The notes: generated by a model from the letters alone, not told the origin. A stretch of DNA of 64,000 nucleotides from Bugula neritina (GCA_964035545.1 OZ037769.1:16460633-16524632); one strand, 5' to 3'; positions 24,094 through 38,800 are shown, counted from the stretch's first letter. Numbers and translations: made by a program.

Positions 24094-27000
24094 TTAAATA
24101 AATATGAAGTTATTGCCAAATCGATTGCTAGACTGACAGTCGCATTGCTCTGAGTCATCCAGCCTTTCCCACCAACCAGTACAGCCAGGGGCATTCACTG
24201 CGTTCCAGTTAGTAGATACGCCAGTTTCGCCATGTCCAGTACACAGACCATCCGTGTGACCTTTCTCCATGGCCGTCTGCTGACACTCTACGCATATTAT
24301 AGCTCCTGGTCGTAAAACGTTAGCCCAAGGTGTCACATAGCTCTGACACAAAGATCCGGAGGAGATAATTTTAAATCCACTGCAATATCTATAAATATAA
24401 CAATAGAAAACATTTCAATGAATACATGAATAGTGTCACACACTGTGTGTCCAGTACCTCATGCACTGCGTTTCCATGACTGCGCATAATGCGAATGAAT
24501 GCCCCGTACGGATTATTTGTGGTTTGTGGTTTGCATTAACTTATAGTTGCGGTTTCATTCGATGTAACTGTTTCCATTAGCCGAATGAAAAAATCCATTC
24601 GCATAATGCGATAATGGAAACGCAGTGATGCTAATGGATGCTGGTACTGATGGATTTGTGGTTGCGGTTTGCGTGAACTTATGGTTGCGGGTTCATTTGG
24701 AGGTATGGTGGAGTAATGGAGAAAAGCCTGTGTTCTAGAGTAGAAATGTAGCATATGAAGTTATGTTCTCGCACCCCAAACCAAAATTTAATAATAAAAC
24801 TAAAGAACGTAGGCTATCTCAATTTCTCCACTATTTCAACTGTTTACTAATGCTAATACTAATTGGTTGTTATCTGCCCCTGTTCTACAACCATTCCTCT
24901 TGAAAAATACATATCAACAATACATGTATAATACAAGAGTGACATATGGTGGACACACAGACATCTGCTGATGGGTTGCCAACAGACCTTTTACATTAGT
25001 GTCTGTGGGAATCAACCCTCACTTGTATAGAAAGCTGTGGAACAGAGACAAGAAGCTCTTTATAGAGCAATTAGATACTCCCACTGCTGTCCTATTGTTA
25101 TGTATGGCACCATCAGCACAATAATATTATAGTCTGAGAACATAATCTACACACATGTTACGCTTATAAGGTGTGCTCGTGCACAATCGTATGCAGTTTG
25201 TCAGATGAATTTTATCATTGAATAGTCATTTTTTCATAAGTCCTGGCATACTGTGAATAAAGGACTTGGAGTAAAGCCACTAATACTTGTTATAGGTAGT
25301 TATAGTACCAGTGACGCACTGTATAGTAGTCATAGTATCAGTGACTCACTATAAGGTAGTTATAGTACCAGTGACTCACTGTAAAGTAGTCATAGTACCA
25401 GTGACTCACTATTAACTAGTTATAGTACCAGTGACTCACTGTAAGGTGGTCATAGTACCAGTGACTCACTGTGAGGTAGTCATAGTACCAGTGACTCACT
25501 ACAAGGTAGTCATAGTACCAGTGACTCACTGTGAGGTAGTTATAGTCCCAGTGACTCACCCTCTATAAGTATTGACGTCCATAGAGTAGTACTTATTATA
25601 GAGGTTACTTCTGATGTCAAGGTTGGCATTGTACTTAGTCATAGCCCGGAACCTTCCAAAACTGGCCGGCATTATCTTAGCTGTCTCTAAAACAGATAAA
25701 AGAAGGTCAATTAGTAACACAAAAGCTGTCTAAATAAAAGCGCTTTGTTTACAAAAGTGCTGTCTACAAATATGGCAGCTCTTTCCTTTATTAGATCCAA
25801 CTAGGTGAATTTCAAAAACTGTAAATGACTTTTGAAATAGTGCAGTTGGTTAAACTGTGCAAACTAAATGTAACTCAAGTGAATGAATCAATTTTTTGTA
25901 AGTTACAACTGTTCCATTTTTTCCACATAAGTTTAAAGCATCATGATAGGCGCTGGAAGAACTAAAGCGATTGGTGTTCATATAAATCATAATTATTATA
26001 AATTTAAATCAAGAGTCGGCTTTTAGTTTGAGCGGAAAGAAATAGGTTTGATGTGCCCGATTTGGGTTCATAAATGTGTAACGGATACTGTACACAGGCA
26101 GTTAGAAAGACGCGAGAAGGACTACAATATCCACTACATAGTTTAGATTGGGAGGGAAGATTACACTTGTGGAATAATAATCATAAAAAGAAGTATTTCT
26201 GCCACTTCTGCTAATAAGTAAAGGATGTTGGGAGATAGAAGATTCAGTAGTCATTGTTACAAGTGTGCAAATTAAAAGAATGTGTGAGTATAAGTGAAAA
26301 CACATGACAAAGTTAGTTTAAAGTATTGTAACAATAGGCGTCCACCGTGTACACATATGCTTGCAAGCTACAGCTGGGTGGGTGCAAGACTTGCATCTGT
26401 TTACACTACAGCTTAAAGAGTTATCTTCTCTTTATTTCATCATTGAGGAAAATATTTCCTAATCTAGCAAAAACTTTGTGGATCTAGATAAACCTTTCAG
26501 AAAGAAGGGAAATACAGTCTTTCAAAAGACTGAAAGTTTTATTAAACAATAGAATAGACTACTTGAATTATATGGATTCTAAGACTTAAATTTCTTAGTA
26601 CTTGAGCTTCTATTAACTAAATAGACTTGAGTTGACTTGTTTACAACGCTAGTTAATTTCTGTATATCTAAAGACTAATCTCTTGCCAACATAAATAGTA
26701 GCATAAATTCAGAATTCTATTTTCTTGGTACAGAGTAGAAACTGGAGCAGTGACTTGAAGTTGTCACACCAATATTTTATAATGAATACATTGGCTTATT
26801 ACAAGTTACATGTATTGATTTATTTTGGTACTTTACAGCCACTTTTGAACTTGATGAACTCCTGTTATATTCTATTTTTCAAATTTTAAGCACCTTCTAC
26901 TATGATCATACTTTCAGTTAAACAATGTCCTTATGTAGGCTACTTCTACAGTAAATGGGGAAATTGTATTGAAACCATTATATTTGGAGAAGTACGACCT

Positions 27001-29848
27001 GAAATACCCCCAGGGGTAATTTTACCCTTGGGGGCAGTATGGTACCTCCTGGTACTTAATAGAAATAAAAAATTAAAACAAATATCGTGAAGGGAGCAAT
27101 ATTTTGAAAAAAGTTAAAGAACTACAACCTAAGAAGAAAAGAGAGAGTCGAGCCCTTAATCAAATCTACTAAAGTATTGTTTTCATTGGAGGAAGCAGGT
27201 TCTATAAACATGTCAAGGTATAATTAGCTGAACTATTGTCTGAGTTTTCAAACATGTCACTTCTAACTCAAATGTGTTGCACTGAGGGATCCATTTCAGT
27301 GTCTAGTAGTGCAACAGCCTCTCTACTAACACACTGTAGCATCAGAGCCACCCTACAGTTCTCTCATTATTAATATTGTTTGAGTGACCAGCTGAAAAGC
27401 CGAAAGCAATAAACTGCCAATTAATTCCAACAGATGTTGACTCATAATTGCATTCAGCTGCAATGATAATAATTTTACTTTTATTTATATGTTTGAGGTT
27501 TTGTTTGGAAATTTTGCCTGACATTGCTTTTATTTATCCCATCCCCTAGGCCATTGGGAATACTGAACGTTGATCATTTGTTGGGAGCCACGAGATGGAA
27601 AATGTCGGTTACAGATATTGGCTAGTAATTCATTTAGCTAGCATTTAACAAAACTCAATCTCAAAATTTGCAAGAGACTTTGCTGTTACTTTCATTTTTT
27701 AGCTAGAGTCTCACTAATTGATTTATCAACAAGCAGCAATTATGTCTTTCAGGACCTGGGGAATAGTCCCACAGACAGGGTGTACAAATAAAATATTATC
27801 ACCCATATTTTACTAATCATGTGACATGGCCTTTGGTGATGTTAGGAAGAGCATCCAGTCATAATTGCTCCTGTGCCCCATCTGAATAAGTCCTTAGCCT
27901 GATTTAACAAAAAAACCCTTCCCATCAGGGGTGGTGACTATAAACTTGCATGAGTTTTTAGTGACGTGGTCTTATAAAACTCTTTGCCCCCACTGGGACT
28001 CGAACCTGAGACCTCAGGCTTGCAAGCAGGCACCTTAACCATTACCCCACGGGCTACTGCTCAACGCCCGCAATCTCCAAGCTCTATAGCCTGAGATTAT
28101 ACAGTTTGTTAGCCTGTGCTCACCTTTCTCAACCTCCACTTCCTGTTGGACTTCTGACTCTTGACAGGAACTGCCGGTACAGATTGTCGTCTCTTTCAGA
28201 TTCACGGGACACGCTGCACCACCGAAACGAGGCTCAACGAGGACTGATCTAGTTCTACTCTTTAGACCGATTCCGCAGTCCTTACTGCAGTGGGTGTAGT
28301 TACTCCAGTCGGTCACCTGACAGTCCACAACTATAAGACAAGGGAATACAACTTCTGATAGTTTATATTATAACACGGGGTAACTAAGGACTCTTAGAAA
28401 GGCAATTAATAGCTAGTTATGGTATTTTGTAAGCTAGTGGTCATTTCGCTATCTTTTTTAAGTTCCTTCTACTTCTATATGATAGGAATTTTTCAAATGC
28501 TACTCTAAATTTATTTTAAAAAATTGAGTTTTTATAAAATACAAAGACAACTCTTCGTTTATGAGGAGAGGGTGGATATAGCTCATTGTTTAATCTCCCC
28601 TTTCTAGGTTGGCATTGTAGAAGGAGTGGAAACAGCAAGGGGGCACACCCAGTATAGGCATGTTATCATAACATAATGAGTAGCAAAGAAAACAATGGCT
28701 GTTAAATCAATATATTTTATTGTTATAACTTAAAAGTATTTGGCCATAAGAAAGCAAAGTTATCAAATAAATCCTCAGTGATACATCTTATCCCTGATTC
28801 TATCCACCACTTTTCTCGAGTGGGAAGGGGTGAATGCAGAAGGCAATAGAACTTTTGACCTCACACTCAAACTGACAAAGAAGCTTTGTTTTCTGATAAG
28901 AGAGTTTATAGAGTAAACTATTGCTTTTCCTGTAGGAAACATCATAACAAACACTGGCACCCAAATATTGGCACCTCAGGACACCAGATGCACTAAGATA
29001 TAAACGTTACATATGCTATATCTATGACAGAGGTTTACACATTCAAAACAGAAGATAAGTTGTCAGATTTGGCAAATTGCCAACATCATAGCGACAGCAT
29101 AGGGCAGGTGTTGGGTTTGAAGGCTACATACTCATTTGAAGAGCTGTTAACTTAAACTCCATAAGTACTAACTTATCCAAAACCCTTAACTAGAAAAAAT
29201 GCATTGTGTGAATCAAATGGTAAAGTGATCTAAGTTTTCACTTAGCTTGGTTTTCTTTTTTTTTGGCAATTGAGTTGGGAATTTGATATTGTTTTATTTT
29301 ATAGACAGACCCATACTCATGCCACCAAGTTCCAATAGAACTTGTGCTATTTGAAAAGAAACTCAAACTGCAACTCTGCACATATGTTAATGTGAAGGTT
29401 GCAGAACAAATAACAATAATAAACCCAATCTGGTTTCGAATTCACTGCATTTGTGAAATTACTACAATGACTGGTGAGATAAAGACTAAAGGAGAGTTGC
29501 CTTCCTTTCAGCTTACAAACTCCTAAACCCAAATATACTAAATAATGATTTTAGAGTTTTACCTTTGCATGCTGACTTGTAATCGAAGCAGCAGTCGCCC
29601 ATGCCCGAACAACCTTCGTCACAGAAGCATCTAGAGTGGATCGATCCTTTCCCAGACACTTTGAGACCCGTACTATGACAACTGTTGTTTTTCCCTTCGC
29701 AGCACATGCTTCCACACCCAACTCCAGTTACGGCTGTGAGAAGACCTTCAGATAGTCCAACTGGCTCAACAGCTGCTGAAACATCTTCACCGAAACAAGT
29801 TGAGCTCATGAGAGCACAAGTTAGAAATACTACAGCCGTCTGAATCAT
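24094..29848 (-). CDS. SBSPON: Somatomedin-B and thrombospondin type-1 domain-containing protein; exons 29848-29563, 28330-28124, 25686-25560, 24388-24094
   Basis: Signal peptide, SMB domain (CFCDEGCSGMGDCCFDYKSAC), TSP1 domain (DCQVTDWSNYTHCSKDCGIG..RTR..FGGAACP) and a C-terminal CVECQ...CTGWW...CDC...FIFI domain. Confidence 0.88.
25295..25559 (-). repeat. 30-bp minisatellite beginning with the SBSPON exon 3 donor GTGAGTCAC
   Basis: About 9 units. The first unit is the real donor at 25559. Confidence 0.9.
27986..28058 (-). mobile_element. tRNA-derived SINE head (tRNA-Ala TGC-like), degenerate
   Basis: A-box-like GTGGGGTAATGG, anticodon loop CTTGCAA and B box GGTTCGAGTCC. The stems are poorly paired. 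Confidence 0.7.
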
Positions 29849-29931
29849 TTCGACTCTTGCGGACTCACACACGTTGCGTCCTGCTGCAATGTCTACCAAC
29901 TGTACTGCTGCATCGCGATTGGGACGCGCGG

Positions 29932-29940
29932 CTTATATAG
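29932..29940 (-). promoter_or_regulatory. TATA box of SBSPON
   Basis: CTATATAAG on the minus strand, about 85-90 nt upstream of the ATG. Confidence 0.55.
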
Positions 29941-32849
29941 GTGTGAACTTATGACCTTTGTAGTAGTAGGGCTGTCACTGGCTCTTTGTAATCTCTCAAG
30001 TCTTAAACTCTAACTCAGTCAACAACCTGCGTGACCAGCATTGATTAGCTAATAAGTCTAAAATAACAGAATTAAATGGACAAATAAACTGTGCATTGAC
30101 AATGGCACTGCACTGGCTATATTTACACAAACCAACTTATCAAGTCATTTCGAGAAAATATGATTTCATTAGCAGAAAGCGGCTTCCTGTGTTGATAAGG
30201 GTGTCAGTCACCAGCTCTTGCAGATGTTGAGCAAGTTCCTGTAGTTCAGTGCATTGAAAGATGAATTGGCACAGAAAATTATCAAAGGAACTCAAACTGA
30301 ACAAAAATATATATTTCTGTTTAGCCTGGGCTCCAAATCAACTCGAATTGCACTCACATGTAAATCATGAAGTTGAGCCAGTCTATACTCTATTTTACTA
30401 TTTATAGCCAGGCAAAGATATATCTTTGTATTATGAAAGATCATGAACAAATAGATAGAGTTATGTTAACGTCGTCAACTTTTTTACACATGTAACTTTA
30501 TTATTATTTAACTGATAAATGCTGACCTATAATAGGTGCATCTATAAAAATGTGCAATCCATCAATTAATAAATATTCTTTTAGATTTGCATGATTATAG
30601 TATATACAGTGATAATATGCACAGATATTTTATACTGTAGGATAATATTTTCAATGTGAAAAGTATACACAGATAATACCATGTAATCGAACTACATAGC
30701 AGCCTGTTGGCCCTACAAGTATAGAGTTATAAATTATATGCAATATTCTTTAGTTTTATAGATATACATTTTATATTCTATAAAACATGTGACTGTCATC
30801 ACAGCTTTTACTTTTAGTTTGATTGTCTGCTCATTGACAAAACCTTATTGCAAACCAACAAGTACAATAATATACACTAATATTATCATAAGGTATTGTT
30901 ATACCCTACCAGCCATGGCCTATATATAGTGACTATTTAGAGCAGGTGTAACTTAGTAAACACAAGGTCAGTGTTTAGAATCTCAGTAAAGGTCATTGGT
31001 GATGTTAAGTTCTGTTTTGTCAGTTCATATAAAATAAGTCTTTAACCTGCTTCTGAAATGGGCCTTTTATAAGTGGTTCCCACAAGCTAGAATGGGGACC
31101 ATGGAACCATGTGAATTGTTTGTTATGTATATGGAAGAGTTGCTTTCTCATTGATGAATATGATTAATTGGTATATAAATTTTATAAGTAATTAAGTTAA
31201 TATGAATTCATCAGCACTACACCTATGCACACACGGCTACCAAAATTTAATAAAACAACGGTTCGAAGTAAAAGTTGCAAGCACTACATTCGGGGGGAAC
31301 AACTCCCTAAATGTTGAATTCTCTCGAACAAATAAACTGTAACTCGGAGTTGTATGTACGTCAATGGTAGCAACATTCACTTGGCTACCCACAAGTCTTT
31401 TGTGCACTGTGATAAGTTATTTCTGGCCAAAACATGTTTTTGCAGATCCCACGAATATGTTTACAAAACGAAACAATAAATGCAAAACTTATGCTTTTAC
31501 ATTAACTCTTTTCACTTATCATCGATGTGATATTGTGGGTGTATTGTATAGCATAATAGCACTTGAAACATAAGCATAATATATACAAAAAACAACAAGG
31601 CCTTGGACATGAATAGATCTTTATTGCATGGCATTGATGAATTTAACAATAATATTCACAAACTGACAAAAAAATTTAATGAATTAAACAAAATTTTCAA
31701 CTATGGTAGCAGGTGCAGCAAGGCAAAGCGCAATTAAATTACAGAATTCAATTAACAGCAGAAATAATTATAACACAGCTAGCTAAAGAAATTGGAAAAT
31801 ACTAAAGAAAAGTTAACACAGTCAAACAATAAAATTAATAAAATATAATAATACATTAGGTAAATAATTATAGGTTTCAATAACCTCAAAAAGCAACAGC
31901 GTAGGTTCCTCTTTGAACATGTAGAATGTTAGCTTACAAGGCAGAGAAGAAAAACAGTAACTGGCTTACACGTAAATAGCAAATAAAGAAATGCAAGCAT
32001 GTGATTGGTTAGCTGGGGAGCACAGCTCAGCAGCAGCGAATAGGAGCAGGCGTTGGCTATTCGTTCATTTAGAATTGTCAAAGTTTTCAGGAAGCTATCA
32101 ATTAGCTTTACAAATACTGAAGTTAAAACATGCCATGAAGTTCTCAACAAATGGATTTTTCAAAAAAAAAATTAAATAACAAAAAAACAGCAACATTTCA
32201 TAAAAAAGATAATAATTATAATTATATAATAAGAGAATAAAAGGGCGGCCAAAACCTCTCCATTCATACCTAGTATCTAGTAATTATGCAAGATATACTG
32301 ATGGTACGAATACACATTCTAATATCAAGAAAGAGCCTATCCTGCGCTCGGTGCGCATAAACACAACTTTCGACATCTCGGAGAATCCAAGACTACAAGA
32401 CACGACCATTAATTTGGTTGCCTAAATGTCACGACGTTCCACTACTCTATGTACAGATATTGAATCTATATTGATATATGAAACGAAAACCAGATGTTAG
32501 ATACACGGTGATTGGTCTACCCGATGCTACATACAGAGTGATTAGTCCGATGTTACATACATAGTGATTGGTCCACGGGATGTTATATACATAGTGATAG
32601 GTTCACCGGATGCTCCATGCACAACGAATGATTGGCTAGATGCAGTGATCATCCAAGCGTATCACACCCAATGTGATTCAGACAGCCTGGTTAGAAAGTG
32701 AATTGCATTCTAGTGAATATATATTGAGAGCAGGCAGAGTGGCCGCGCCCCGTACTACATGGTATGCTGAATGTGATTGGTTGAATATGACCAATATAAG
32801 CTAAGTATACTAGGAATATGTACATATGTACATCGGTTTAGCCTTTGCT

Positions 32850-35800
32850 CTACTCGCTCTCATGGAGCGAGACGTGCCTGCCAGAGCCCCGGTTGCTGCC
32901 GGTGAAATATCTCGGGTGACCCATTGGTCTGCTGAGGTGGTCTGTGATTGGAGGTCCGAGCTGACCCTGTGTCAGCAGCTGACGTATCAGATCTTGAGCG
33001 AGCTGCAACAGAGAGATGTACTTACAGTACATACAATGTACTTACAGTACATACAATGTACTTACAGTATATACAATGTACTTACAGTACATACAATGTA
33101 CTTACGATCTGATATTGAAAGTTTCCGGTTATCTGAACAGGAATATCCTCCTGGTCAGGATTTTGAGCGCCAGGAAGTTTAATAGAGACGCCAGCTACAT
33201 CCTGTATGTGCCTCACGTTTCTACCTCCCTTCCCAATGATCCGTCCGACCATGTTCTTTGGCACCAGGACATCGCAGCGCAGGTGGGAGTAGTGGTCGCT
33301 GGTGAAACCCTCGTTCTTGATCTTCTCGAATATGAACCACTGAGCCTACAGACCAGATACAGCACTAGAAAGGGAGCATGTGACCTTTGACCTTAAGCTA
33401 CCAGATACTCGGCAGCCGCTGCCATTACTGAGTTCACGATGCAGAGAGAAAGAGAGTGAGAGAGATGACACTCACCCTGGAAACACTGGAAGGGTAGCCC
33501 GTGATCTTCACCGGTCTCTCTTCTGCTTCCGGGTTGTCGTGGTCCTCCAGCACCTGGCAGCTAGCCCTAGACTCCTGCTTCACGTAGTTGATATATGTAC
33601 CCTTGGTTCCTATGACTGCACCGACAGACGCCTTTGGTATGTACATGAAACAGGTCATGTGACCGCCAACACTCTGCTGGGGTGCGGGAGGGAGCAGGCT
33701 GGGCGGCGCGGCACCAGGACGTCCCAACACACTCTACAAGACAAGTGAGAATACAGGGCTACACCCTGAGAGCGTAACACTTCCTAATCTACATGTGCCA
33801 ATGAGACAATGGAAGACATGAAAATACTGGCAGCGGGAATACTCACCGGCATGTAGCTGCCGAGGGGCCGGGTGCTCCAAGGAAGGTAGGGCATGGACAT
33901 GGGCGGGGCAAACATAGATGGCTACAACAGAACGTGTATATCAGAGACTTGGCAGTGTTTAGTGCAGCATTACTAGTAATAAACAGGCGGTATTCGGAGT
34001 TTGACCAGCAGGAAAAAATGTATTCATAATATTTAAAATACTAGAAATACAAAAAGTAAGAATTAGTACTGTTTCAGTAACACTCTGCATACGCATATTT
34101 CCTGTGGTGAAAGATACTGACAGCTAGTGACATGTGGTGACAGCTAGGGACAGGTAGTGACAGCTAGTGACATGTGGTGGCAGCTAGTGACAGGTAGTGA
34201 CAGGTGGTGCTACTCACATGATTGTACTTGGGGTTCTGCATATCCGACTCAAAACACAACTTCAACTTGTCATGTATCTTCTCAGCTGCCAGACACATGG
34301 CCTCCAGGGTGCCGCGAATGCTGACCACACGGTCAAAGTTGATTGGACCAATATTGTTGACACTAAAATAAATACTATGTATGTTAGTATACGCCCATTA
34401 TACACAGTAGTGACTCCCCTGTGACTCACCTGGACACTGTGACTCACATGGATACTGACTCACCTGGACACTGTGACTCACCTGGACACTGTGACTCAGC
34501 TGGACACTGTGACTCAGCTGGACACTGTGACTCACCTGGACAGTGTGACTCAGCTAGACACTGTGACTCACCTGGATACTGACTCACCTGGACACTGTGA
34601 CTCACCTGGACACTGTGACTCACCTGGATACTGTGACTCAGCTGGACACTGCGACTCACCTAGATACTGTGACTCACCTGGATACTGTAATGGTGGTTTC
34701 AGTCTCCTCCATAATACCTTTGATTATTACTCCCTGCTTGCCGATGAGTCTACCACAGAGGTTGTTGTGAGCGAGAATCCTTAACTCCGGTTCACTACAT
34801 CACATACATGGTATTACAGTATAGTAATATAATAGTAATATAATATAGTAATATAGTAATATAATAGTATCATAGTATAGTAATATAGTAAATCATACAC
34901 AACAGAAACTATTGCATAGCACATAAGGCGCGTAAATTGTCTACCAAATCAGGCGCTGCTGAAGCTCATTTCTGAAAACTTCACTTTTATATAACAGATG
35001 AAAGGAAAATATCACGACCCTAACTTGACAAGTAGTTGAACACATAGAACAAGGTGAAGGAACTCAGACTAGAGGAAGAGGAAGTTGTGCTGAAACACAC
35101 CGTGTACTTTGTTCCGACTCCGCTCCCATACTGTCATTCACCGACTCGCTGTTGATAACTTTTAGTATCTCCAGACAGGCGAGAGTACAGTTTTCAGTTT
35201 GAGCACCGAGTATCACAACCATCTACAACGAGTATAAGCACCGCTATAACGAGTTTCAGCCCACAGCACGTACCACTAAAGTGTTACGTAATGAGTTAGA
35301 CCAGTAGAACATGATAGTGCGGTGTAGAAGATTAGATGAACACTTACATTGTCTGCCTGGAGCGTGTTGTCGCGTCTGACTACATCTACCCTGGCGTTGC
35401 TCTGCCGTGCGATGGTCCGTATTGTCTGACCGGACCGGCCCATAATGGCCCCAACATACTGCCGGGGCACGAGTAACCTGCAAAACATTGACACGTGATT
35501 TACAGGGTTTATAAGACATCGCGGGAGGGTTTAGAGTTTAGACACTAAGGAGGAGTATAATATTTGGATAGAGTTGATGGGTGGAGAGGAAACACTAGCA
35601 AAGTACATGTAATAGAGAGAGCATGTCGTGTAATGACAAGTAGACCATAAGATATATCGACACATAAACTATGGACAAGTAGCCCAGTGCTTATATCGAC
35701 GCATGAACTATGGACAAGTAGCCCAGTGTTTATACTGACGCATGAACTATGGACAAGTAGCCCAGTGTTTATACTGACACATGAACTATGGACAAGTAGC

Positions 35801-38800
35801 CCAGTGTTTATACTGACGCATGAACTATGGACAAGTAGCCCAGTGTTTATACTGACACATGAACTATGGACAAGTAGCCCAGTGTTTATACTGACACATA
35901 AACTATGGACAAGTAGCCCAGTGTTTATACTGACACATAAACTATGGACAAGTAGCCCAGTGTTTATACTGACACATAAACTATGGACAAGTAGCCCAGT
36001 GTTTATACTGACACATGAACTATGGACAAGTAGCCCAGTGTTTATACTGACACATGAACTATGGACAAGTAGCCCAGTGTTTATACTGACAGTAACTACA
36101 CTGTCTTGGAGTAGGTAGCCAAGAGCTCGTTACCTGAGAGGAAATTCTATTTTATACGAGTTGTTCTGTGCATACTTGGAAGACGATTTTCTACCATTCA
36201 GGAAATCAGCCTGTCAACAGAACAACAAAAGATGAGACAAATCCCAACATATATTCAGCACAAGATCACTTGCTAGCAGCAGAAGTCAAGACTATTCTAA
36301 CCTTTAACCTTTGACCTTTCAGTTCTAAACCATTTAGTTTCTCCTTGGCACTAAAAAACAAAACAGCATTAGGTTATAAGAAACTGATGAAACATTTTTA
36401 CAGAAAAATTATTCAAGCAGCAATAAAAGGATGTTGAAAGACAAACTCAGAAGCTTATTCACAAGTGTCTAATTCATTAATCAACGATGATATTTAGTTA
36501 TGAAAAACTTGGGTAATAATTAGCGAATATCACACCATGTCTCACTACAGTCAACACTCACCTCTGGGCCTCATCTGCACTAGCATAGGTAACGTGCACA
36601 GATTCATTTTGCCTACTAAAGTCTTTGACTGTACCATGTTTAGATAATTCTTCCTTCACTTCTTCATCAGTCAGCTCTCTGGATACTGACTTTATAGCCA
36701 ATTTACTACTGCTGCCGACTTTCAAAGAATTCCGACTAACAAAACATAGCATCAACCTGCAGTTCATTCAGTCTCAATAATTCATGCTGATGAAAGTAAA
36801 GTAACCACACCTCCTGCTTGTCTATAAACACTCTAAATTATAACAAAATAGGAAAATTTTTCAGCATGAACTTCAAGAGCTCGAGAATTGAGAGCTCAGA
36901 GAAAAGTATGAAATGTTACAGCGGAAAAATAGATAAAGACAAAAAGGGTGCACTATATATATATATATGTGAATAGTAACACTCGAACCAGTAACTGGCT
37001 TTGTTACTTACTGGTTTTTATTCACTGCTGGCTCCACTGTGATGACTTTATCGTGAAGAGACAAACCTGCAGCATACACAAAGTTTGGCATACAGCACCA
37101 ATGAAGGCTTGTATAGTTGGCATCTTAGTTTATTATAAGCCACTAACATTATTATTTTACTTTTCCTAGCAAGTAAAAAGGGTCGCATCCTAGAGAGAAG
37201 CTAGACTAAATTTCCCAGTTGGACGCTATTTATTTATTTTGGTGCAATTACATACAGTAACATACCTATATAAACGTTACATTGATTACTAAATAGCTAG
37301 AGCTAATAGCTATAATAGCTAATATAAAATATTTGGGATACTATTCCAATTTTCATGGATAAGTGTGTGAAAAAAGCAGCAATACTTTAATAATAGATAT
37401 GATCTTTATTGAATACTTATTAGCAAAATATCTTATCAAACAAGAAGCATAGAAAATGCAAAAATAATAAGTTAATGCAGATCAAAAATTTTATTTATAT
37501 GCTAAATAACAAGCAATTGGTCCAAGTTTATTTAAATATACATATATTTCAAAATTATTAAAATTAATTGCACATAGAATATATCTTGTACCAAAATAAA
37601 TAAATAAACTGGGAAATTTAGTCTAGAGTCTAACTGGGATGACACCGTAAAAAGTTATAGGATATTTAGCTACATACATCCACAGTGATATTATAACTTA
37701 CAAGACATATTTAAATCATGTAGTTTCTTATTTCGTAGGCTAATAAAATTAAAAATTATAAAATCATAGTTGCCGAATAAACAAAATAATAATATAATTG
37801 TACTATTATAATTTAATTCAGTTATCTTAAATTGATAATATAAATCTCCTATTCACTCAATTATTTATTATTTTGATTTTGATAATTACTATGGATATAA
37901 AAAGATTGCATAAAATTAAATTGCACTAAGAAATTTGCCATTAATGCAAATTGTCTTAAGAACAAGTAACTTAAATGTTAAGATTAATGGTTATTTGTAA
38001 AGAATTTTAATGTATGGTGCTCACAAATATATATTTGAGTACCAGACCTGCTTATGTTATATAATTGAGTAGTAGAGACTGATTTCAGTCCAAAAGCATT
38101 AGCTAGTAAAAGTTAACCTAAAGCTTCTCTAAGGTCTGAAACTAAAAGCTTGCATTATAATTAGTATAGGAAGCAAATAACCAATAATACAATTACAATC
38201 ATTTAAAATTAACGTTTATGATAATCATTAATATTTATTTAATTATTTATCATTTAAAACTAATAATGTACAGTATTATCATTTCAATGTTATTATTATT
38301 TCAGTTTGATTCCAACTAAAATATTTATTACAATACTTAATCTTATACCATAAAAACAGCAATAGTGATACTAATACTAATAGTATATACTAATACTGCT
38401 TAAACCTAAACTTTCTCCTAGTAGTATGTGTACTACAGTACCACTACTACAGTATTAGTGGTAGAGGTACTGGTAGTAGTACAGTCGTACTAGGAGTACT
38501 ACTACTTTTAGAGTTCTACAACTAATACCACCACTACTACTACTAGCACTACTACAAGTAAACTACTACTAGTAATACTACTCTACTACTACTAGGTACT
38601 AGTATTACTATTACTATTAGAAATACTATTATTAATTGTAGTATTTAACTTTAAGTATATGTCCTTCTACTACTCTATTACTATTAGTATTAGTATTACA
38701 TTTACTATAGTAGTATAGTATTAGTACTACTGGTTACTGCAATACAAATATGCATATACTGCACAATGAAGATACAAATGCACTGAGCTGGATATTTACC

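Noticed and set aside
24460-24710. Short inverted and direct repeats in an SBSPON intron (also palindromes at about 27008-27035 and 60838-60870)
   Set aside because: They are probably decayed transposon fragments, and no termini or TSD can be defined.
27986-28058. Functional tRNA-Ala gene (also 59861-59928)
   Set aside because: A and B boxes are present but the cloverleaf stems are broken, which is better explained by SINE heads.
33381-33393. DR1 nuclear-receptor elements (TGACCTTTGACCT; also 55760-55772)
   Set aside because: AGGTCA words are scattered through many introns here, so site-specific function cannot be supported.
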